Assembly (NCBI GenBank): GCA_051362555.1
Contig: CM120640.1
Span: 40,464,788 to 40,528,787 of the forward strand
Direction of reading: 5' to 3'
Length of the DNA: 64,000 nt
Origin: Lingula anatina
Taxonomy: Eukaryota; Animalia; Brachiopoda
In this document: positions 29,201 through 40,838 of the stretch, in pieces
Position numbering within the stretch: the stretch's first letter is position 1
How the letters are laid out: each line of letters begins with the position of its first letter
Position numbers and translations under genes: made by a program
Notes under the pieces: model-generated
What the model was told of the DNA's origin: nothing
The model's database searches: none
The model's input: the letters and a program-made list of their open reading frames with translations, nothing else

Positions 29201-30733
29201 TCCTCTATCCATTGAAATTGCCTCTGCAGTGGAGAGTCAAAATGCATAGGACATGGTTGCTCAGATATTGAAAAAATCCATAGATTGAATAAGCAGAAAA
29301 GAATGATATAAAGATTCATTTGTTTGATAACAAAAAATATGCGTAATTGAAAATGCTATTAACATAACAATGTAGTAAGATTACACCTCTCTTACTTCAC
29401 CATTACTAAACAATGCCAAATGGTAATAACATTACAATGCAGTGAGCACATTCAGGAAGAAGAGGTGTAGTGGTTTTTCATCTCAGTATGATGTTCCTTT
29501 CTGTATAACAAATGCATATTTATTTTTTTTACTAGAAAGTAGTAATTGTTACTACATGCTTTTTTATCAATTTTTTTTTATTAATTTGGTTTATCACAAA
29601 TATAAATTTTTCTCTTCTTTTTTTTCAAGTACCACTGTCCTGCCTTATAAGACAAGGCCTTCATAAAATGTATTCTCATTGTATTTCAATGTATTTTTTT
29701 TTTCAATTTATTATGCTTTATGCCAATTGTGTTGGAAATTAAGAGATCATGGGTTGAGAGAAAGGCCTGGTATTTTTTCTGTTTTTATTATTAAATTCTT
29801 ATTTATTTATTTTTTGGAATCTAATTGTATATGGCTAAAACAAAATGAACAGTTATTCAAGTAAAGATACACTTACAATTTTCCCATTGAGAGTAACACA
29901 ATTTGTATACAGAAACTCCATAAGTGCCAGGAATATGTCTGGTGTGATGTCTGATAAGACAAATGGTATCTCTGCATCCTGGGTTGTATTTTTCTGGGCC
30001 TGATCAGCAAACATGGCTCTGAACACATCACAGCGAGCTGCCAGGATACATCTGTGGGCAAATATCGGCTTGCGATTTGGGCCAATTAAAAACCGAATAT
30101 CACTGGAAAGTAAAGATACTAGCATGTATGTCTTTATTATGAATAACATTTTAAAATAAATACAGAAGATACACTCATCTTGGTTCAAAATTTAACAGCA
30201 ATACCTGACAGAAATATCAATTATCCCAAGATCCATTTGAATACTTAATGTTTCAAAGCTTCATGTATACTAGCCAATGATCTCTATCTGTGTGTCCATC
30301 ACTAACAGTTATGGTACTTGCCTATACATGGGTACTAACATGTGGTCACTTTTAAAATTTGTGTCCAGTATCTCATAATTTACATGTACCGGTATATGCA
30401 GGCAAAGAGATTTCATTAGACACAAAAGTCATAAGGTCACTTCTAAGTTATTCTTTGGGGAGGTGCTAAAAAGTTCCTAAATTTATTAACAAATCTAGAT
30501 TATAACCACTCATTTGAGAGAGATGTTTAAAAATCAAATTCAGTTAACAGTACATATTCAGGGTACAAGTACCGTACACTGTACAACTACTGGTACATGT
30601 GCCCAGCACTTGTTTTAATGGTGGTGCAATAGATTAGATAAACGTACCCAGTTTCCTTGTTATTTATTAACTTCTTCATCTCTGCAGCAAAGACAGCGAT
30701 GTCTCCTTTCATGAACACTTCGTCGCTCGCCAT
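23221..30733 (-). CDS. BTBD19: BTB/POZ + BACK domain protein, BTBD19-like; 7 coding exons, 292 aa
   Basis: Exons 30733-30648, 30102-29877, 29012-28959, 28419-28291, 26737-26606, 23868-23743, 23346-23221. All GT-AG and phase-consistent, 879 nt. Protein MASDEVFMKGD...GDIRFLIGPNRKPIFAHRCILAARCDVFRAMF...FLALMEFLYTN...SDKLDIDEVDVISAVREWATVNSVVIG...HIRLPLLSPDEL...AWKFH...RKGTKPRESH*. It is a BTB-BACK-only protein of BTBD19 size. Confidence 0.9.
26975..27126. mobile_element. Small degenerate TIR element with ggaccaatgaa subterminal repeats
   Basis: cggggc...gccccag ends. Inverted gtccaaaggttct / agaacctttggac. Three ggaccaatga-like units on the right side. Confidence 0.45.
27181..27562. repeat. Tandem repeat, about 132-bp unit x about 2.9, in BTBD19 intron 4
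   Basis: Near-identical units gtggtaaaacatgaatttttgtgaaaagatagcaggtaaag... start at 27181, 27313 and 27446. Confidence 0.95.
28094..28268 (+). mobile_element. G-rich MITE family B, copy 1 (CAGGCC termini, 5-bp TSD)
   Basis: taggcccgtagtc...ggccacaggcctg with TSD tagtg on both sides. Reverse-complement similarity to 40136-40285 (aaaaggtccatt, tctag, aaggtccactttttca). Confidence 0.75.
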
Positions 30734-30900
30734 GATGACTCTGTATAAAAGTAATACCGTGGACTTAAAAGGGAGTATACAAGGCACGTGTGGCTCTCTT
30801 CAAAGATTGTGTACTTCGTTGTCAAGCCAAAGCGGAAACGATCTACTTAAACTGGGCATGCGCGTTGCATTATTTCCGGTGTAAACAAGACTTCAAGCGA
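30734..30900. promoter_or_regulatory. Probable bidirectional promoter shared by BTBD19 (-) and AOPEP (+)
   Basis: Local CpG enrichment just upstream of the BTBD19 ATG. ETS-like gcggaa near 30832 and ttccggt near 30874. NRF1-like gcatgcgc near 30856. The AOPEP ATG exon begins at a splice acceptor (33980), so it needs an upstream non-coding exon. Confidence 0.5.
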
Positions 30901-31452
30901 GGTGGGAATCCTGGGCAGTTATTTATTTTTCGATCTTGAGAACAATGCAAATGAAGTTGTCATTTATGAAGATACATTTATTGCAAGATGCACTTGATAA
31001 AACAGCCTACATAGAGAAAAATAACCAGACTTGGTTTGAAAATGAGAAATCAAGACACTGATCTTGTACACACATTCAGCTTTAACGTGACTGAAATGAA
31101 GTCTTTGTTTGCTACATGTACATGTGGCTTATTTCTTTTTAAATCCTAAAAAAGGTAGAGTTTCATAATTGCTTTACACTATGACAGCAAGGACTGTTTG
31201 CTAGCTTAAAATTTTTATATTTAAAATTACTATTTAAAGATACTATCATACTAGCACATGAAATTGACAAAATTAACCACTAAAAAGGCATAAAATAACA
31301 CTGATATGTAGGTAAATATATGGCATTAATGCCATCTGAATTTTTGATAAAAATGTTTCCTAACATATTAAGGAAAATTAGATAAACAGTCCATCAGCTG
31401 CGTATGCTAATGCTGGTATGTACTGGTAGCTGTATTTATATATACTGTATAT

Positions 31453-33882
31453 GGGTCAAAACACGGTAACGGTGCCATGGGTGTCAAATTTTTTTTTGTT
31501 TCATTGAAATTTAAAATTTTTACATTTTTGTAGAAAACAAATCAAATTTTCAGATAATGTAAGTTTCATTGATATACTCCCAGTACTTTTTCTGTGAGCC
31601 ACTGGGAAACAAAAATGAAAAAAAAAATTGTCTCTGACGGGACACATGGTCATATTGGCCTGAGTCAGATATTAGGTTGTTTTTTCAAGTTTTTATCAAC
31701 CAAATATGTTAAACTAATCAGAAGTAATAGTTTAACATAGAAAACTGCCACATATCACTTATTTTGAGTAAAAAATTATTTAGCACTAGGAGTGGTGTGT
31801 CCCGTCAGAGACATTTGACTTCGAAAAGTTTTCATATTTTCCACATCTGGTAGGTTGCATAAATGAAACTTAAAATCCTCTTTTAAATAATGATAAGTAA
31901 TGATTATAGCTAAAAATTATAAAATTAAAACAATTTACAGTGAATTTATTGCCACATTTTATCATTGTCTCTGAAGGGACATTTTCTGTCTCTGACGGGA
32001 CATTTTCTGACAGATGTGAAACACAAGGTTTTACATCTTCAATTGAATCATTTTCAAGTGTTCTGGTGTGTTACATTTCTTGTTTTTCTTTGCAACTGAT
32101 TAACTCATTTAATTCATTAACCATTATTCATTAACCATTAGTGATTATTAGCTAGGTTGACTGTCAATGATTAGGTGTTGACATGTGCCGTCAGAGATCA
32201 TGTCAGAGCACTAGAACTGTGAGCAGGTCATTCTGTTCACTGCATGTGCATGATTTAGAACAGAGTCTGAAGGAGACCTCCAGCTCCAACCATATGTTGT
32301 GGTATCTGATGATCTGCACCATAACAAACAGTCTGTCTTCACTTGTAATAAGGCCATTCTCGAAGACCTCTAACACCAGCAATCATTCAGCAAAGTCCAT
32401 TACTGGTCAGATGGAGCCCAGCCCCCAGTAAATTCAAAAGTTGGTTTTTACTGTCTATACATGGTACTATCATGAAACTGATTTTGGTATGGAAGCGCAG
32501 TGGTTCTTTTTATACCACTGCCCATGACAAAGAACCAGTGGATGGGATCGTAGGGGAAATGAAACATCAGGTTTGGAAAGCAGTACTCCAGAGAAAAATG
32601 GTTGTAGATACACCTTATCAATTCTATTTGGCTGGCAAAGAATTATGCCCCAATGTCAACGTAATGCACCTGTCTGCAGCAGATATTGTAGCAGCTACCG
32701 CACCCATCAGCAGTTGCTGGGAAAACTGTCCATCTGTTCCAGGAATTCAACACTTCCAACAGCTTCAGCCCCAGCCCTAGCCCCATGGACATGTTCTTGT
32801 GTCAACCAATTCTTTGTACCAGCAACCCTCTTAATATGCTAAACTTATTCATATGACTGGGGACTTTGATTTGCCTGCACATCCACACTATGACAATGTC
32901 GGTCAAGGCACAGCTCAGTCTCACCAGGGAGATTTTGTCATTGCGGAGTTTGCTGCCAGGAAAGGAGTAAAACAATTCTTAGGTTAGGTCACCCATGACA
33001 CTGAAGATGGCGAAGTGGAAGTCAGTTTCTTACGTACTGAAGGTTCTGGCAAAAGAAACTTTGTGTACCCTGCCACAGAAAACAAAGCATGCCTAGCATA
33101 GACACTCGTGGACTTTACTTGTTTCCATCACCTGTTAATGTGACTGGTTGAAAAAATCTCTAAAGTGCAGAAAAGATATGTGTTCTAAGACTAATTGAAA
33201 AACAGGATTTATCATGTGAACTATCATGGAAAATATTGATTGATATTGAGAAATAGGAGTAATGGACAGTGGATTATGTGAAAATTATACTGTGCCTTAT
33301 CGCTGTGTCATGATAATTAATTAATATTCTAAACATATTGCATCTGGTGATTTTTCTAATGTACAGAAATGCTATTTTGCAATAACCATCAAGTAAGATT
33401 CATTAGATACAAATGTGTGACTTTTTAAACCTTTTTTCTAAGATTTTTCAATAGTGCCCAAAAGTGTCCCGTCAGAGACGTCCCGTCAGAGACAGTGACT
33501 TTTTACACTTAACAGCCCATGCTGCCAAGGAAAGTAAACAAAACTGGCCTGTTTGTGCATTAATTGCTTCCCAAGACTTGTACCTTGCAATATGAATCAC
33601 AAAAGTCTTGATTAAATGAAATTTCAAAGAGAATTTTGCATTGGAGTTTTAGTAAAAAAATACAGGGGTCAAAAATGTCCCGTCAGAGACAGACCTTTAA
33701 GTGATTGTCATTCCCACATTAATTTCAATACAAATTAGCTGCTTGTTTTACATAATCCTTTATGGTCCAGCTAAATAAAAATGTATTTAAAAGTAACCAT
33801 GTGGATCGTTTACCAACTGTAATTTTTAAAATTGTCTCTAAAATGTCCCGTCAGAGACATTTCAAATACCGTGTTTTGACCC
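31453..33882 (+). mobile_element. Decayed Sola2-type DNA transposon (2.43 kb)
   Basis: Perfect 16-bp TIRs gggtcaaaacacggta (31453) / taccgtgttttgaccc (33882). 4-bp TSD atat and GRG terminus. Subterminal repeat tgtctctgacgggaca / tgtcccgtcagagaca near 31629, 31798, 31965, 31987, 33465, 33480, 33676 and 33844. Internal transposase remnant. Confidence 0.85.
32290..33080 (+). pseudogene. Disrupted, 5'-deleted Sola2-type DDD transposase
   Basis: Fragments with stops and frameshifts: YVVVSDDLHHNKQSV...VHYWSDGA / SKFKS / HETDFGMEAQW / SFYTTAHDKEPVDGIVGEMKHQVW (compare WxFFxTxHGKGxxDGIGGxxK), then GDFVIAEF...EVEVSFLR...FVYP. Confidence 0.8.
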
Positions 33883-33995
33883 ATATATATATATTCTTAT
33901 TCTGGTATGATTGCTTAAATATTGTCTCTGTTACTCTGCATATTCAGTTCATGTTTCTGACTTTTAGAATACATTTCAGGAGTACTTGTATAACC

Positions 33996-36900
33996 ATGCA
34001 GGACAACCATGAGAAAGATCTACCTCTATTTTCTAATGCCAAAGACATCCATGTTAAACACTACATCTTGGATTTAACATGTGATATGCCTGCTAAGACA
34101 TTCAGGGGCTCAATCACATTGTTTTTGACTCCACTGAAACAAGGTGATTCCTGTAAAAGATACATGAGTCATGGAGTAAATGCTTTAGGATCTACACACT
34201 TGAAGCCTGCAGAAGAAGATATAGTTGGCACTTCAAGTGTGGATACTACAACTCAGGAGTCTACCAGCACCCCCAGTATGTGTTCTTCATGTACTGGTAT
34301 ATTACCATGCTGCACAAAGGATTTTGATTCCAATAAACAAGATGTTAGCCATTATGATAACTCAGGGCATACATATACCTCTTGTGAACCTCAGGTCGAT
34401 ATTATGAACACAGTTCTACAGGGAAAAACCAGTCAGGTAGTTGTAGAGGACAGAGCACTGGGTGACACACAGGGTTTTGGCAACACTTCCACAGATCCTT
34501 ATGCAAATATGTGTCATAGAGCTCCACAAATGCAACACAGGCTTAGCCAGACAGATGTTACTAATATACAGCCCTTCCAGTTAGTTCTGGACTGTTGTGA
34601 CATCAGCATTGTGAGTGTTTCTGAGATCCACCTCACTCGATCTCAGTATCACCACCTGATCTGTAATGCCGAGAACACACACAAGAACTATACAGAGTAC
34701 AGTGAACTATGTCGGCATTGTCATGGGAATAACACTACGAGCCCCCTTCACTTCTCTGTTGAAAAATGGTGTGTTAGAATTTGGAAAGATGGTGTCACGT
34801 CTTGTGGTGATTTTCCTAGGGTTGTGAAGATTAACTACGCAACTTCTCCAGCTGGTTTGTCTTTAAAATGGACTTATGATATCTTCCCCTATAAAAACTT
34901 GAGCTCATCCATGTAAGTACAATGTTTAACTAGATATAACTCTTTTTACGTTTAGTAGACATGTAGACTAATCATAAGCGGTAAATTAAAGCTCATGTAA
35001 TTCATGACATATGTTGTGTGTAGTGCTCTATTGGTCATAAACATGTAACAATGATTTTATTTCAAAAATTATTAAAAATGTTATAAATTTTAAATTATGT
35101 AAATATGTACATGTATACTGCTTCACTACATTCACATCATTATATAATGAACTTCCTTCCAGCAGCTCCCAGCACTCAGCTGACTCTAGTTGGAAGAAAA
35201 CACCATGTTCAGCATGCCAACCACTGCCTTGTGTATTTACCCCTGGCACTTGGGTAAACAACAGGTAAAAAATGATTAAGAAGTAGCTTTGTACCATTGA
35301 ATTTGATGAATGAAAATAAACCTAAATTTACAGATTAAATTTTTTCAGACCATAATAAAATTAGTCAACATACACGCATATTAAGTAATATACTGGAAAG
35401 CATGCAGATTTGGCATATTATAACAAATAAGACTGACTCCATGTTTCAAATAATTTTTGATTTGCAGTGTTCAGTGCAGATTTTTAACATCTAATCTATA
35501 AGTAAGAAGGTGACTCCATGTTCCAAATCATTATTACAGATTTCAAGGAAAGGGGATGTTTGACAATTCATAGAATGCAACAGCTTATTTCAGATCATTC
35601 TTCCCATGCCAAGATGTCCCTGGTGCCATGTCAACATGGCAGGCAATGATCCATGTGTCTGAGCCCATGGTGGTCCTGATGACTGGGGAGGAAGATGGTG
35701 TGGTCACACAAGGTCAAAATGGTATGAAGAAATACATTGTGCATTGTGCAATTGTAAACTGTGGCCTCATGCTAATTGCCATCAAAATTGAAGCCATGCC
35801 AGTAAATAATGTTAAATTATTCAATTACTGGCCGTTGTTCTGCCTCAAGATAGTTTAGTTTAGTTTCTCAGAGTCTGGTGGGTCAAAGGACCAGAAAATT
35901 TAAGATTTTTTTGCACAGACTGATACACATATGTATGAATAAATAATTATGTGCACTTGCTAGGATTAATTTACATGCAAATTAAAGTTTATGTACACAG
36001 TTGCATTTCACACTTTTGATGTGTCTCATTTTAATCTAGTCAGATTATCGTAATTGGTGTTTTCCATTTTTGTGAGAGTTCACATTTGAATTTGAGCCAC
36101 GAAATTCTGTGTTTAACATTAAAGAATATTCTAATTATTTCAGCCTTTTCTCATTTTTTCTTTGCTTATAATACTTGGTGTTTTTTCTGTCCATAGGTCA
36201 GATGGTGTACTACTTCCAGTCTAGTATGGTACTTCCCAGCTCCACACTTGCCATTTCTGTGGGACACTGGGAATGTGTACTGATATCAAATGCTATGGAA
36301 GACACTGTGAGGCAAGTAATGCTAATAGTGGCACTAGTGGTCATTATACGTACAGGGTCCCTTTGCTCATTGTATATCAAGTAAGTTCATGAGGTCCAGT
36401 GTCTAGACACTCCTTCTGGGCCCGGTTTCATCTGTGCTGGATATATAGGGCTATCCAGCTGCCTTGATAAAACAGGGCCCAAGTCATTTAACCAATGATT
36501 TACCAGTATCTATGAATAACAGCTAGTAGTACCTGTAAAAACCATTGGAATTACATTCCTTTCTTAACATCTGAAAATCCACTGCTACAATTCACATTTC
36601 TCAAATAAGAAGAAAATGGCAACCTTGAGAAATATAATAATTATGCAATCACTTTCTCTAGAAATTTTATATTTAAGCTATTCAAAATTTCCACATCTAT
36701 CTAAATACAATAATCAGATGAAGCAAAAATTAACACATTAATTTATCTTGTTTTATTCTCTCCAGAAGTACATATGTTCCTGACTTCTGCAGCCATGATA
36801 ATGGAGAGTCTTGCACAGTTCACTTCTCACCCAGCCCTATCCTGCCCTGCAGTCTCTATGCACCACCATCACTTCTCAGCCAGGCTCAGGCTCAGTTCAA

Positions 36901-39900
36901 ACAATACATTCCTAAGTGTCTTGAGGCAGCTTCAGAATTGCTAGGGCCACATCCTTTTAGGAAACTGGACATACTGATTGTACCACCAGGGTTTGCTAGT
37001 CTCGGGATGGCAAGGTAATTCTTTTGTGGATCAGATAAAATATTTAAAGAGATCATGTACTATTTTCTGTATTTGCTATATCCACATTATTATGAGAAAA
37101 CATTTGTCATTTTATATTCAGTCCAAACCTGATGTTCTTGTCCCAGTCTATGTTGTCTTCAGATGGAAGCATGAACATCAGATTTGCCCATGAAGTAAGT
37201 CACTCCTGGTTTGGACTGGTGATAGGAGCCAAAGACTGGACTGAGGAATGGCTCAGTGAAGGATTTGCAACTTATATGGAGGATTTTATTCATGGACTTG
37301 CAATAGAGGTGCAGTGCATGTTTAAGATTGTGTTTACAACCTAACTTATACTGGATATAAATATGGGTTTCTCAGTTGTGAATGAAATCTTAGGACTTAA
37401 TGATTTACTTAATTGTGTCAAGTATATAACTCGGTGATAAGTGATAGTTCATGATCAGTTTCTGTTAAGGGCACTGAATGAGACAAATTAAACAAGTTTA
37501 AAACACTTGAAACCTGTTTCATTTTAAATGCATAGAAATTTCAGATTTCATAATGGATCTCATGTTTCAGAGAGATGGTTATCAATTATGTTCATCTCAA
37601 ACATAGTTTAAGAGATTATCTGGAAAAGGAGTTTGAGTACAGTGTCTGGAATGAATGAATAATTTGAAGTTGAAAGTTCATGTGATAATTATGCCTTTAT
37701 TTAATTTTTATAAATGATTTTAAAATTTATAACAATAAATAATTTAAAACATAAATTTGAAGCTTTCATCATTCCAGTTATAAAAGGACAGAGATCTGTT
37801 TTTAAGTTCTGTTTTAACTTGTGCTAAATTTTTAAAGGCTGAGAAACCATGCAGGGCTCATGTCATTAACAAGGCAGACCATGACTTGTCTCACGTGCTT
37901 ATCACTATTCCAACTTGTCTCATTTAAACCATAAAGTTTAAAGTGCTAGATTGGAAATCTATTATATGTTAACTTGTTTTCTATTTATTTAATTTTAGTT
38001 TGTTGATTTTTTGTGACTTAAAGATTTTTCTTATCCATGATGTTTATTTTCAGTGGACAGAAGAATTACAGAGAGATTATTCAGAGCTGAGAGCATTGTT
38101 AAGATACAGAACACTTTCAGCAGAGATGGAAATCACTGAAGATGAGTTGCAAACTCTGAGGTAAAGTCCAATACTTACATGCTGTTATGCAGGCATTTCA
38201 TCAGCTTTGTTCTTCAGTCAAATAAAATCCATACATATTCTTCCATCATTGTGGTCAAGATTACTGCTATGCCACTGTTGAATAATACAAGAATAATGCC
38301 TTTGTTAATAAAGCTATGATATTTAACTCTAAAAACTCTCTCTTTGTTTTAGTATAAACAGCCTTGTTAAGCATAAACCTATCCAGATATGACAATAGCA
38401 AAACCAAGTGACTTATCAATTCTGTCCGTTTTATTGTTCTCAAGACTGTTAATTATGTTGTAGAAGTTCAGGCCAAGATTCACTGTGGATAGGTCTACTT
38501 GTTGGATATGCAGTTACATGTGCCTTTAAAAATTAATACTTTTTTGTTAGAAAACAATCTTATCCATTGCAAGAATCAACTGGCAATTTTAGTAGGCTTA
38601 ATCTAGTCTCATATAAAATAATATGCAAGGGTTATTACTGAGTACGTAGAAAACTAAGTACAGGTGAGTACAGATATCCCAAGCTCCCTCTCTTCCAGCA
38701 CCAATATCACCACAACTACTACTACCAAAGGCTTTTTATCTTGGTTGTTGTGGGGTTTCCTTCACTAATTGGTAACCAGTAATTTTTAATGGTCAACCCA
38801 AAAATGCCTGATACTTTTTACATATTTAGTGGTACACACTGATGTATTAAATGTATTTTTTGTTCTCCAGGCCAGCACATGGAATTGAAGTGAAGGATCC
38901 TGTTACAGATGTTTCTTTTGTGAAAAATGGGCTAAATTTTGACAAGGGCTTTACACAGGTGCACTATTTGAAGGTAATGCATTTTTATCTAAAATTTATT
39001 ATGTTCTGCTGTCTCAGATTTCACTTTGATAGCCAAAATGAAAATGAGACATTGCATGCAAATAAATGCATGTGATTGTTTTCTTTAAAAAAAATCAAGA
39101 ATAATGGTGGCATTTCCGAAGACAATTTTCACTAAGCAATTTATTCCTTAATTTCAATCCTAATTCTTTGAAGAAAAGAATGGCATGATGCAATTTTTCT
39201 GTGTAACCTTGAGCTAAACAAAATAACTTATTTTTCAGGGATATTTTCTTCTGCGTCATTTGGCCAGTCTAGTTGGAACTGCCAAATTCAACAATATGTT
39301 AAAGTTGTATGTTATGAAGTTTCATGGGCAGCTTGTTTCCTCTCAGGTGAGAAATTGCAGTTCCACTGAAATTTTTCATGGTCTCAAGTTGGCTAGGCAT
39401 CAAACCTTTTCCAAGAAAATCACAAAGTTTTGTTTTTATGAGAGTCTGTGACCCCGTTCCCATACCTTGATCAATCTAGCAGGATCGACCCATCTCTGAG
39501 GGGTTTCTCGCAAAGTTACATTCAGCTTAAGCAGGTCTGATGTCTGGCACACCTACTGAAGCTGTTAGGGGGTAATTAACTGTCATTGAGCAGCTCAAGT
39601 AGGCTTGTCAGATTCTAAGACACTTAAGCGAAATGCAATTTAGCAAGAAACCCCTTCATATATGGGTCGATCCTGCTAGATTGATCTAGGTATGGGAATG
39701 GGGTGTGTAATTCAATTATTGTTATTGTTTATCAATCATCCACTAGGGTAGGCTACTGTGGGAAATTTAATGTTCATGAAAGATTAGTTAATGAACTAAT
39801 CCAAGTTTTACACAATTTTGGAAATCACGGAAGGTGATTATTGAATGAGATCTGTTTCTTTTCCCAGGACTTTCTAGAGTATGTATTTACAACTTTCCCT

Positions 39901-40322
39901 GAACTTAATAATAAGGGATTAACTATTGAATCTATATACAAGGAATGGCTGGATCACCCAGGAATGCCAAAGGTATCAGTTTTTGTATTCACAATCCTTG
40001 ACTAATTTCAAGTAATTTTTTCTAGGGCAAATAATGACAGTAATAAGTATCTTGCCATTACTCCCTCTTTGACTACATGTATTTTATTTATTAATTTATT
40101 TATGCTATGCTGTTTGAGCTTGTAAAGAGCACTCTCAGGCCTGTAGCCAGCAAATCCAAAAGGTTTTTTTTTTTCTGAAAAAGTGGACCTTTTACAATGA
40201 AACTTATGTGTATCTAGATGAAACTTTACCCAAAATGGACCTTTTCCTTTCCCCGAACCCCCCCCCCCCCCCAGCTATGGGCCTGACTCTTATGTTGACT
40301 TTGATACAACTGTGTGTGTGTG

Positions 40323-40354
<32 letters not shown>

Positions 40355-40783
40355 TGTGTGAATTACCTTCACTATGGAATTTTTTGACCTTTAGCAGCTA
40401 ACAGGATACCAGCCCAGAGAATTGAACACACTGTACTCCACATCACTAGCTGAGGTAGATCTTTTTAGAATATTTTACTGTTCAAGTATTTCACTTTTTT
40501 TCTAGCATAATTCTTGGTTAATAAATGTATCACACAGTCATTCAGCATTTGAAGTTATATGTCACTACAATTTTTTCTTTATTGAGATCCTTGTAGATAC
40601 AGGAAGTTGTTATTTTCAAATTAAATTTTTTGGATTTCACAACATGCAGTCACTATATTCATTATACAGTGAAAACCAAATGAAAATGGGGTACAAAATT
40701 GACCAGCTTCAGTTTATAAAAACATTTGAAAATAGTTTAGTATCTATTAATAACTTTGTGACATTTGGGCTTAAGATTTTAAG

Positions 40784-40838
<55 letters not shown>

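Noticed and set aside
33762-33995. N-terminal 78 aa of the 384-aa ORF as part of AOPEP
   Set aside because: It lies in the transposon right end and intron. AP-O similarity starts at MQDNHEKDLPL (33996), after an acceptor at 33979.
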